A DNA stretch of 63,992 nucleotides, counting the filler, from Hyphochytrium catenoides (Eukaryota; Protista; Hyphochytriomycota): the NCBI GenBank assembly GCA_900088475.1. It is 9 parts of 9 records of this genome, joined end to end, with 100 filler letters (N's around TTAATTAATTAA, not from the genome) between each part and the next. Parts side by side here need not be neighbours in the genome. Positions count along the whole stretch, not along the records: positions 28,012 to 47,777 come from FLMG01003583.1; positions 47,878 to 48,889 come from FLMG01001583.1; positions 48,990 to 50,247 come from FLMG01001690.1; positions 50,348 to 52,152 come from FLMG01003609.1; positions 52,253 to 54,779 come from FLMG01002613.1; positions 54,880 to 62,555 come from FLMG01003105.1; 3 more parts are not named here. The stretch is one strand, 5' to 3'. A program made the position numbers and the translations under genes. The notes beneath the pieces are model-generated. The model was not told where the DNA came from. It saw only the letters and a program-made list of their open reading frames with translations, and did not search any database. Of the stretch, positions 47,501 to 58,555 are shown piece after piece; the stretch's first letter is position 1; every line of letters begins with the position of its first letter.

Positions 47501-47700
47501 AGGTGACTCTTGTGCACTAGCGCACTCCTATCAGCGCCTCAGTTGCCAACTTTCTTGACAACGCCTACATCACAGACACAATTCTTAGCGCAAAACCCCG
47601 TGAACTATGTCTCCAGCAACCTCCGGTTCCGCAGCGGCGGCCCTGGCCTCAGCTGTCAAAGGCTTGGCCAAACACCATCTCTTCTTCTATTTTCTTTCTA
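44535..47700 (-). repeat. Right arm of the long inverted repeat flanking CFAP20DC
   Basis: Reverse complement of about 34840-37680. It carries an extra ~320 bp (about 47180-47500) missing from the left arm. Confidence 0.9.
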
Positions 47701-49440
47701 CTCTCCTAGTCCTTGAACTGTGCCCGGCGCTTTTTGCCGGACTATTTTACGGCCTTGGCCAAGGCATTGGGCACGGANNNNNNNNNNNNNNNNNNNNNNN
47801 NNNNNNNNNNNNNNNNNNNNNTTAATTAATTAANNNNNNNNNNNNNNNNNNNNNNNNNNNNNNNNNNNNNNNNNNNNCACGCATTCCCAGTAAACCGTGT
47901 CCTATGGATAACGACAGAAGGCAGTCCACTCAATGCTGCGGTGCCTGCCTTGGTATAGCGGCTACCAGTCTCTCTCACCATAGTAAAGGTATGACCTACG
48001 ACGACTGCTAGACATAAAGAAAGGGCTAGCGGAAGTTTATAAAACCTTGACAAGGCGCAGGAGGAGAGAAGAGCGACGGGTCCTCTTCCTCCTCCTCCTC
48101 CTCGTCTTCCTCGCGACACTGTAACGGACGGCGCAGCAGAGAGTTATTGACTGTTTGTTACTGAATGTAGCTGTTGTGTGCACGGTGACTTCTATCGTGG
48201 ACTGCCTCTCGTTCAACGCCATGCAGCAGACATGCTCTACTACCATAAGAGAGAGTAATAGTCCGCAGAAGGACCGACCAGAGTGTCTTCGTCGTAAGAC
48301 TAACAAGTAAGGCAGGGGAAGAGGACGGTAGCGTCTTGGCATCTTTCTTGAGAGAGCCGTTACTTCGAGCTGAGAGCAGCGTCACTACTTCGAGTTGGGG
48401 AGGGAGCGCTGGGCCCTACCTCCTCTTCGTTTGGCGTGCTACCAACAAGAGGCGGAAGCACACAGACAGCAGCTCAACTGCTATTATGATATTGAGGTGA
48501 ATGAGAAGCTGGCAGATCCTCTTCCGTCGTAGAAAGTGCTCGAAGAAGTGTGATGACCAGCAAGGGTGTAGACGAGCCAAGGCTCCCACGAAAATTTTCA
48601 AACAGCAGTATAACAGGAGGCCAAGGAAGAGCAAACGGACGGAGCACGAGGATAAATTCCCCCTTTTGAACGCATTGGCTAGCAATGGACAGAAGGACTC
48701 TTCAATGATCAATCCCCACATCCCTCATCATTGGATCCTAGGCACTATTAGTACCTTCATCGCCCGTCCTCTCACGTTACATGGAGAGATCTCTTGGTAC
48801 ATTCGGTGGTAGCATTACTGAACTCTGTCTCTCATGCGCGCTAGCTTTAGCTCCCAGCAAGAACAACTGATACTCCTAGCCAGGCACTANNNNNNNNNNN
48901 NNNNNNNNNNNNNNNNNNNNNNNNNNNNNNNNNTTAATTAATTAANNNNNNNNNNNNNNNNNNNNNNNNNNNNNNNNNNNNNNNNNNNNAGAGAGAGAGA
49001 GAGAGAGAGAGAGAGGGAAGAGGTATATTAAGGTGTGGGCTATAGGTTATGTATGGCAGAAGATGCGACGAGAAGAGGGAGAGAGGGTGAGTGTCTTGGA
49101 GGGTGAAACGGGTTTGACAACAGGGGACGAGCGACAGAAAGAGAGGCAGAGAGAGGTAGAAGGGAAGGGAAAAGAGAGAGAGAGGAAGACGAGAACAGCG
49201 AAAGAGGAAAGGAAAGGCGAGAGGGAAAAAAAGAGAGGGGCAGGGGGAGAGAGAGAGCAAGAGAGAGAGAGAGAGAGAGAAAGAGTCAAGTTGTGTGGTT
49301 TGGTCGTGAGTGGCAGCTGATGGATGCCAAGGAAGCCGACTGTGTCAGGACGTAGAGGAAACTGGCAGGAGAGGCTTCTGAGAGGGGAAGGTCGACCAGC
49401 GTGCTGCTTGAACAAAGGACAGTGGAGGAAAACCTGGACA

Positions 49441-49491
<51 letters not shown>

Positions 49492-49878
49492 TTCCCTCCT
49501 TTATCCCTTTGCGGGCTCGGTGGGTGTACCGAGCAGACAGAGTGCTGTAAGGTGAGGTTATAGAAGGGCATAAGAAGTGTAGTGGGGAGACAGAGCAGAG
49601 AGAGAGGTGGTCTCCCCCACATAACAAGCGTTTGAGGGGTTCGTCAGTCGATTGTCCGGTTGTCTGTTTCCTCGCAAGTGGCTTGAAGAAGCAGCAGAAA
49701 ACCGAAGTGGTCGTTGACTGGACATGTGCTCTTTCTCTCTCTCTTTCTCTCTTTCTCTCTCGCACTCTCTCTCTCTTTCACTCTCTCTCTCGCACTCTCA
49801 CTCTCTCTCACTTAACTCTCTCTTTCACCTAACTCTCTCTCTTTCACTCTCTCTCGCTCTCTCTCTCACTCTCTCTCA

Positions 49879-49910
<32 letters not shown>

Positions 49911-50347
49911 GTCACTCTCTGTCTCTCTCTCCCACTTTCCGCCGATCAGAACAATTCTTGCTGAGACATGCTACGTCGCAAGACAGAGCTCAAACGGGTA
50001 AGACAGAGTCATGGTAGCAAGCCTTCAAGCCTCATTCATCGGAAGAGAGACACGTTGCTTGAAAGAAGAGAGGAGAGAGAAAAGGAAGTGGTGTACGTCA
50101 GAGGTTCTGCTCTCCCCATCACCCGCAACCCTTCACCACCTACGTCACTCAAATATCGAAAATATTCAGTTATTTCTTGACACTGAACCAAAATCATATA
50201 ATTGATAATCACTCAGGTCTTTTCAATACACTAGCCAACCCTGCCGCNNNNNNNNNNNNNNNNNNNNNNNNNNNNNNNNNNNNNNNNNNNNTTAATTAAT
50301 TAANNNNNNNNNNNNNNNNNNNNNNNNNNNNNNNNNNNNNNNNNNNN

Positions 50348-52152
50348 GAGGGCCAACAGCCACCACCTTTCTCTTAATGCTTGCTACCTTGGAAGCGTCG
50401 CTGGCGGGGGCGACAGGACGACTGCTTAGGATGACAGTTGGCTGCATGATAATGAATGCACGGCATTGGGGGCATCGCACCGGTGGGAGGAGGTCAGAGA
50501 AAGCGTCACACCACCTCTGGAGCGCTGCTTTCTGAGGGTAGGATGGCAGCAAGCTATTGCTGGGTTTGGTTGTTGTCTCCTCTGCTCCACGACAGGGAGC
50601 GATCTGCTTTCCTTTGTCTAAGAAAGAGGCAGTCTTTTTCTCGATCTTCGTTTCTGCTACAGCTTCTTGGCCTCTTGCGTTCTGGAAGAGAGCTCTTGAT
50701 ACTGCCTTTACGATGAGGGCAAGGACGAAAGTATACACCGCCGCCAAAGTATGAGTTGTGTTATCGCCACGAGTGAAAACGCTTGCGCCGTCAGGTCCAT
50801 TGGCAGGATAAACCAGCCACCAAGCAGCTTGGTTTATCCAGGTGGCCAATGTGAAAAGATAGAGGAAGTCCCAGTTGAGAAGTTGATTACCCTGCGCAAC
50901 TACCAAGAGAAGACAGAATGATATATAGCCGAGAACACTGACGTCACTGGTGGTCTGGATGATTCTTTGTTCTGCCCGTCTTCTCCCCAGCTTGGTCGAA
51001 CACTTGGCCAGGAGCAAGATTATTGCTTGATGATAGATAACAATACCTAGGGCTTGCCATGCTGCTTGAGCAGTCGTGATTACCGAGATAAGGATCTCAC
51101 TATAAGCAAAGCCTAAAGTCTGACGAAGGACTGCAATCATAAGGTACGATGGATCACTGTTTGCACAAGAAATGCCAATGCAGGTTGCCGTCAGAAGATC
51201 TGTCACCTTTGGGACTCGTTTAGCCCCTAGGGCAAGTGCTTCCATCCTTTCGTCGCTGGGGCCGCAGCAGACCGTGTTATCTCCTCTTTCTGCTGGATGG
51301 TGGCGACTGCGGCTGCCGTTGTTAACCTCATGTAGCCTTTCTACCTGATGATCACGCTTTTCTCTTTGTCTTCTGCTGCTGGCAGTAGTTAGAGGCTCAT
51401 CACACTGCGTAATACTCGGTGGACGTCTGATCTTTCTCTCCTCCTCGCCATGCTTGTCCTTCTCCTCGCTGCTCCGATCCCGGGTGGTACTCTCGCTGGC
51501 GCAGCGAGGAGGGACGCAGCCATCGCTTACAATGTGAACAAGGCTTCGCTTGGCCACCTGTATCACCCGCCACCAGTAGATAACCCGCATAAGCACAGAC
51601 AGGACTGCCCAGAGAATAGCGGAAGCTTTTATCCTGCTCCAAACTAACCATAATCGGGGCAGAATCCATTGCAACTCTGGACTCCTCAGATCGTTGGGCC
51701 CCAACTGATAACATATGAGGCTAGACCAACCTTCTTCAGCAAGCCGGTCCTCTCGGCGGTGCACAAAGAAGCACACCTTCTTCTTCGCCCCGATAACCGT
51801 CATCTTAGACCGGTGTTTGCTGAGATCAGAGCAAAAGTGGAGCAGGCCAGTGGAGTTGGGAAGAATGAGACGTGCATGTTTGCAGGGCTGAGACAGCGAA
51901 GCAAGAATGTTTCTCTGGTCAAGAATTGGAACATGTTGTCTGCACATCAGGAAATCTAGAAGCTCGTTAGAACCTTGAATGACGATTTTCTCTCCTTCCT
52001 CAGCCTTGACGACTGTTGGGCCTGGCTCTTCCCTTCGTGTCCTAGTGAAGTCCATTATTGTCTGCACATTGATGTACCGGTAGTAAGTACTGCCACCGGC
52101 AGGCCCACAGTACTCTGAAGGGGAATCAAGCGAACCTCCAAGGACACTGATA
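50348..52152 (-). CDS. Unknown multi-pass membrane protein, open at both contig ends
   Basis: One frame is stop-free across the whole 1.8-kb contig (about 600 codons), with several hydrophobic segments and a C-terminal RCPQCR motif. Confidence 0.55.
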
Positions 52153-52364
52153 NNNNNNNNNNNNNNNNNNNNNNNNNNNNNNNNNNNNNNNNNNNNTTAA
52201 TTAATTAANNNNNNNNNNNNNNNNNNNNNNNNNNNNNNNNNNNNNNNNNNNNTCTGGGTATATATATAGGTAAAAGCAGGGAAGCGTGACGAGTACTTGA
52301 AAGCAGTCAAGAGTGAGCAACCGGCTTCTCTATCTTCTATGATTTCTAGCTGGGAGACCTCTAC

Positions 52365-52642
52365 CTGCATGTGATATTGCCACTAAGCGCACCTTAGAAG
52401 GAGGCATGAGCCTTGGTTATTACACCGGAAAACTCCCCACCGGACAAATTTCATATAACCCTTACCGACAGATCCTTCGTGTCCTTCTCATTCAAACTCT
52501 TATAGAACTTAGGAAAGACAGCCTTGACGCCGTAGATGCCTAAAACTTGGACCACGAACCAACTCAAGGTGGAGACTGCAATCCACCTCCATGTCCTTGG
52601 CCAGATGAACAGCAGAAAGTCCATCACTTCATTTGCCGCCAT
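52365..52642 (-). CDS. TLC (TRAM/LAG1/CLN8) domain membrane protein, 5' exons
   Basis: Exons 52642-52466 and 52392-52365 splice to ...FPKFYKSLNEKDTKDLS|VRLVAISHA, matching the TLC start motif Y-x-x-L...R-x-V-x-x-x-H-A. Truncated by the contig end. Confidence 0.7.
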
Positions 52643-53816
52643 GGTCGCTCGCTGCTGGTTGTGAACGACAAGAGCCCCCTAGCTAAAGATGCTTTCCTTG
52701 CCAAACGAGTACTGACCCCGTGCAACTGAGCGACAGCGTGGTTGGTGGCCACCGATGATAATTGCTGTCTACAGTCATGTGAGCTGCGCAAGCTGAGCAG
52801 CATCAGATGATGATGAGTAGGCAACAACAGGAGATTATTCTGTAGATGGGCCTGATGTCATCACTCGCGCTTTTATGATGGCGGATGTCCCACCCAAGAG
52901 CCTCAAATCCTAGATGATAGGTCGTCCAACCGAATTTTATATCTTTATATATCCGAAAGGTTTGGAATGAGAAGTTTGGGAAAGGACTCTAGGACACTCA
53001 TCTAGCTAGGATAAAGACCCTTAACCGATTTTAACCAAAAATTTTCAGTTTATATATACTTGCACAGTAATTTTGGTGTCCCCTTGCATAATAGATCAAG
53101 TGTTGCTGACTCGTAACCTTTCTGACAATACAAGTACGACCTCTGTGCAACCCTGACTCACATCATACTAGAGCTACCAAGACAGAAGATTATTTGGGTC
53201 CCCAGAGGCGTGCAATAATAGTGGCTCGCTGATTTGATGGCGCTCCTCCTTACTCCTCCCTCAACGCAGCAGCACAAGCTCGAATGCAGTTCTCTTCGTC
53301 GCCCACCCGAAGTCTTCATAGCAAAGCGGGCGGTATCAACCATCTCGAGACTACTTTAAAAGTCCAAGCTGCACATTCTCATCTGGTTCGCCAGCCGTCA
53401 GTCAGCAACACTCATCATCATTATGAGAGTTGGCCACCGAATACGGCAGCCTTCCATGACCAAGGCTGTTGAGGAGCTTTATATCACGTATCACCGCATC
53501 AAAAGAAAGATAGATACCAGCCAGGACGGATACTATGGCCAACGTATGGAGTGTACAAAGAAGTCAGAGTCGGTGACTTTGATAATAAAGCTTGCTACTC
53601 TAACCGCAATAGTCGCATAGCATTCTTCCTGAATTCTCTTCGCCAGAGCTTGCTCTTTACAAACAATACTGGGGTCTCTAGCTACTGAAAGAAAGTAAGA
53701 ATGGCATAAGGAGCTTAGGTCAACGCATTGATGGAGGTTATTAGGGGAAAATCTGAAGAGGGTACAATCTGCAAAATAGTACAGTAAGAAAATAGTGGTA
53801 CAACATCCGCATTCTT

Positions 53817-54779
53817 TTACAACGAACTGCGGCTGATGTAGAGGCTACCGATAACTGGCAAGAGCAATAGTACCAAGGTGCTTCCCAAGGACACATCAGA
53901 TGGAGCAGACGCTCCAGAATTCTGCTTCTTAGCAACCGCCTGGGTAGTCGGGGTCGCTGTTGAGATAGTGGAGCCGTCGGCTGCTACCACAATCGCACCA
54001 GGGCATTGATCAATACATGATTTGAGCTTTTTCCCACCGACAATGCACTCGAAGATGGCAGACGGGGTCGTCTTCGAGCAAATGTCAACCAACGAATCAT
54101 CCGTCGTATTTCGGCAGTGAGGCACTCCCTTCCCAAAGACAGCCTCAAGACCAGAAGGGCAGGAGACACACAGAGTAGCGTTTGATCCACCGTATGTCTC
54201 CGACATATACTCTTCGTTAGGACAAGTTCCCTTTGTCGTTATCAAGACATCGCCCCTGCACCCTGTGAGCTTCGGTGCACAGGGATCAGCCTCCACCTTG
54301 TCCGTGACGAGCTCCCCTGCTTCAAGATTACCAGATCGAATCCATCCGCGTGCTATAGCTTCGAGAAGAGACCATTGAGGGAGCTTCTCATTCTGTTTCT
54401 CTTCCAACTTGTAGTTCCAAAAGAAATATCCTTGGCCTTTCTCATAATACGCGTCTCTTTGTGCTTCCCAATACTTTTGATAGTCCGCGTCAGAGAACAC
54501 AGTATTGTAGTTGGCGTACGGCGAGTTGCCGTCTGTCATGGCCAAAGAGAATTCGCCCACAATAACCGGTAGTTCTTTTGAGAAGTTGCCAATGTTTGGT
54601 CCATAGTTGTTGTCGATGACCCCGACACACGCTGTTGGATTGGGCAAGCCACCAAATGTGGTATAGAGATGCATATCAAGGACCAAGTTCGTCATCTTCT
54701 TGGCCTTCATCTGTAGCACCAGCTTGGCGGGAAAATTGTCATAGCTGAAGGAGTCGTGTACAATCACATAGACGTCCTG
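53817..54779 (-). CDS. GH5 exo-beta-1,3-glucanase-like protein, C-terminal part with Cys-rich domain and hydrophobic (GPI-like) tail; 5' truncated
   Basis: IVHDSF, VLDMHLY, PVIVGEFSLAMTD (nucleophile Glu), AQRDAYY..GYFFWNYKLE, WSL. Followed by a Cys-rich segment, an S/T linker and a hydrophobic C-terminus. Confidence 0.88.
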   Translation of the reverse strand, partial: QDVYVIVHDSFSYDNFPAKLVLQMKAKKMTNLVLDMHLYTTFGGLPNPTACVGVIDNNYGPNIGNFSKELPVIVGEFSLAMTDGNSPYANYNTVFSDADYQKYWEAQRDAYYEKGQGYFFWNYKLEEKQNEKLPQWSLLEAIARGWIRSGNLEAGELVTDKVEADPCAPKLTGCRGDVLITTKGTCPNEEYMSETYGGSNATLCVSCPSGLEAVFGKGVPHCRNTTDDSLVDICSKTTPSAIFECIVGGKKLKSCIDQCPGAIVVAADGSTISTATPTTQAVAKKQNSGASAPSDVSLGSTLVLLLLPVIGSLYISRSSL

Positions 54780-57700
54780 NNNNNNNNNNNNNNNNNNNNN
54801 NNNNNNNNNNNNNNNNNNNNNNNTTAATTAATTAANNNNNNNNNNNNNNNNNNNNNNNNNNNNNNNNNNNNNNNNNNNNACTGCCCGCCAAAATTTAGAA
54901 GGAAACTCTGGGAAGGAGGAAGAGACGGCTGACTTTGCTCCTCATTGGACTTGTGCAGCCTGTCCATCGCTCGTTCAGCAACTCTACGTTCATAAAAAAT
55001 GGTCAGTCTCTCCTCGGGACAGGAGAAGAAGAAACTCTCAGGGAGCGCGGGCACTTCTACTCTCTTCTTTTCTTTTTTCCCAGAGTCTTGGTCACCGTCG
55101 AGTAAAACCAAATTATCCATCCCGCCGTGGTGGGATAGATTTTTCGTTCTTCTGTCTTCCTCCTTCCTCTGCAGCTTTTTTCCTCCTCCTTTCGCAGACT
55201 GGCTTCCTTTCGCCTCCTCGACCGACGGCACGCTGGTGTTGACTGCTTTCCTCCTCCTTCTTCTTCGAGGCAGATAAGATTAGTCTACTTTTATTAACTT
55301 GCCGCTGTCTTTCTCGTCTTCCGCCTTGCAAGACACGACTGCGCCATAGCAAAGAGTTTCTCATGCCGAAATCTATCACGATGACTTTGTATTATCTCTA
55401 CTATCTTCCCTTTCACTCTGACGCTGTCTCTTCTCCTTCTAATGATTCTTCTATTTTTCACTTATAATGAATGAGGAAAGTGACGAAGTAGTCTATTATC
55501 TACTACTTTCTTCTTGACGCTGCAGTCCTGCCTCCATCTATCATCATTATGACAGCGCAGAAGTCATCATAAGTGACGAGACGATGTCATCGACGACTGG
55601 GCTTTCTCTGTTGTTGGTCTCTCTCTACCATCTTCCTGGCCCCGCACCAGATGATGAGCAGCAGTGACGATGTTGACGTCAAAGAATCAAATTTAAAGGA
55701 TGATACGCCAGGCAGTATGTTCCGCTATCTTTCTGTTCTCTGCTGGCGCATCATCATGGAGACTGGGAGAGACACAAAGAAGAAGAAAGGAGCCTGCTTC
55801 TCTCCGTGCGCTACTTCTCTCCTCCTCGTCGCCCATCATCGCTGCCACACAATCCTCTGAGTCTGACAAGAACTAACCTTCTTACACTACGAAGAAAAAT
55901 CAATGCGAGATGTGGATGCTTTTCATTAAAGTGAGAGAAGAAGATCCGCATTTATAATTGTGCCGGACAAACAACAACGAAGGAAGAAAGCAAACATTTG
56001 CAAAAAGAAGAAGAGAGAAAGATAGACTACTGAGACGAGAGAAAAGCGGCGAGAGAGAAAAAAAAAGAGATATAAAGAGGGAGAGAGAGAGGAGAGAGAT
56101 AGATAAATAAAGAGAGAGAGAGAGATAAATAAAAGGAGAGAGACAGAGGGGGGGGGAGAGAGAGAGATAAATAAAAGGAGAGAGACAGAGGGGGAGAGAG
56201 AGAGAGAGATAACGACTTGCGCCCGCCTCTTCCAAGGAAGAAAGAAGATATCAAGAAGGTATAGTAATAACAAAATAAGAAGAAAGGCAAGGAGAGGGAG
56301 ACTTGACTATCCCAAAATAACATTCAGTCGCGAATTATTGTCGGCGGTGTTTACCTCAGTAGCCTTTATTTTATATGGAGTCCGAAATTTAAGGCACTGG
56401 GGCAAAGCGTGTAGGCTCGCAGCTCGCTACTGTTTGCCCCAAAATATCAATGTAGGACGGTGGCAATTCAGGGTACGGGACACTAATATGGAGAGTGGGC
56501 CCCATCAAAAAGTGGGCACCACCTCTTAGAATCGTTAACAAGAGCTAATAGTGGACGATCATCATCATGGGCAGATCTCGCCCGAAGTGTTCGCGTCAAT
56601 CATGAACGTTATCCTTCTCCTTCTTGTTCTTCCTGGTGCATCATCAATAATGTCTACGGCGGAGGCAGAGGATGATGCATATGAGAGTGATGATGATGGG
56701 CCTGCTCCCCAATAGGAAGTCGTCCCTGCTGGGCTAACTGCAGAAGATGTCTTCTTCTCTCCTCGACCACAAGGTGTATCGATTATATATATCTACCTTT
56801 CCATATTATCAGGAGGATGAGCGCTGGCACTAACTCTTTATGATTATTCTTTGACTTGACCATACCTGGTATGCGCTTCTTCATTCATCATTGTTGTTTT
56901 GAACGAAGATTATTGATGATCATGCTCATCAAGGGTACATAGTAACAAAAAAGTAACAGCGTAGTATTTTATTTCATTTTCTACTCATCATCACAAGAAG
57001 GTCGCAGTGTTCATGTCCTTCTCATCAGCAAGTAAATTAACTGATAATTCACCACGGACAAAGGGGGTCATGAACAGCAGCAGCAGCAGAAATGTCATCA
57101 CGTCAAAAAACACTACTATCCACGTGAAGAAGATAGGCCGTTTCCAACCAAGTCCTCCCTCCTCTCTCCCTCCTCCACCTGTACAAGTGCAGAAGATGAT
57201 ATCGTGCACTGTTGGAAGCTGCATCATCATCATCAGGTCGTCCGGATGTAGTGGCAATAAGAATCTATCCCGTCCTCCTCCTAGACAGAAAGGTCCCTGC
57301 TATTACATCAGAATGACGACGAGGAGGAGTCATCATCATAATCTCCTCCTCCTCCTCGTGTCAATCAAGCAACGCATCCATTCATCATCATCATCATCTA
57401 TTTGTTGGGAGGAGGAGGAGGAGAAGGAGGACAACAGAAGAATTAAGAACAAAATTTATAAAAATAGTACTGACCCAATCATCTCCACAAGTAAGGAGCC
57501 TCTTCCGAAGATACTGTTTTGTCACACGGATGTAGTTTTCGGTAGGACAGGATCATCACCCCTTCAAGTCCTCATTACAAAGAAGTTTTGGTTGTTTTGG
57601 ACAGCGTCCCATCAACAAGGAGACAATCAAAGACGCCGAATGTTAGTAGTCCACTCCGAAAGCTATGCCGTAAATAGATAGCTGTCAAAACAAAAGCCTA

Positions 57701-58555
57701 GGCATATCCTCCTACTGCCGAAAGCAACGATAATGTTGAGCAGGTGGACAGTTGGTGCCGACCTTTGTATCCTTTGCCCTGTGTATCTCGTATCAGTTAC
57801 TTTCGGGCAGTAGAACTATCGCATGAGTCTGTCTGTCGCTTCGTTTGAGAGATTGCGCGGCGCTGTCCACTGCGTTCTCTTCTCTTTCTCTCTTCTCTCA
57901 CTCTCTCTCTTCCTCTTTCTCTNNNNNNNNNNNNNNNNNNNNNNNNNNNNNNNNNNNNNNNNNNNNNNNNNNNNNNNNNNNNNNNNNNNNNNNNNNNNNN
58001 NNNNNNNNNNNNNNNNNNNNNNNNNTTGCAGTCTCTTCCTCCATTTCGTTGTCTGTCGCTGCTCTTTCGCTCTCTATTCTGTCCATCTCCTCCTCAACGC
58101 AGAGCAGAAAGTCTCTACTGTCGCTGTTTCTCCTTTCTTTCCTCCTTTCTCCCTCCTGCTTCTCACCAGCGGTAGGCAGCAGAGACTATTGAACCTCCCT
58201 TCCCTAAGTCTCACTATCGGCTTCTCTATTATGATGTTAGCGCTATGTCATTGATTTGACGGAGGACAGAGTGGGACCTTGTCCTCCTCTCTCTTCTCAT
58301 CCTTTCTCTGGCATTGTTGGGGCAGCAGCTCTCCTCTACTCTCGATGAGAGACTCGAGCATTAAGTTCAGTGGCCCCTTTCTCCTATCTTCATCTTTTCC
58401 CCGTCTTCCTCTTCCTTCTCTCTCTCTCTGTATCTATCTCTGTCTCTATCTCTTTCTCTCTTTCTGACTCGCCCGCTTCACCCTTCCTCTCTTCCCTCCT
58501 TTCTCTCTCTTTCTGCTTACTATCTTCTCCTTCTCTGGCTGTCTTGTTGCCGATC

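Noticed and set aside
48600-48720. RKSKRTEHEDKFPLLNALA..QW resembling a pogo/CENP-B HTH
   Set aside because: Too short and frameshifted, with no DDE domain or TIRs to support it.
57007-57681. 224-aa ORF
   Set aside because: Low-complexity and trinucleotide-repeat-rich with no recognisable domain.
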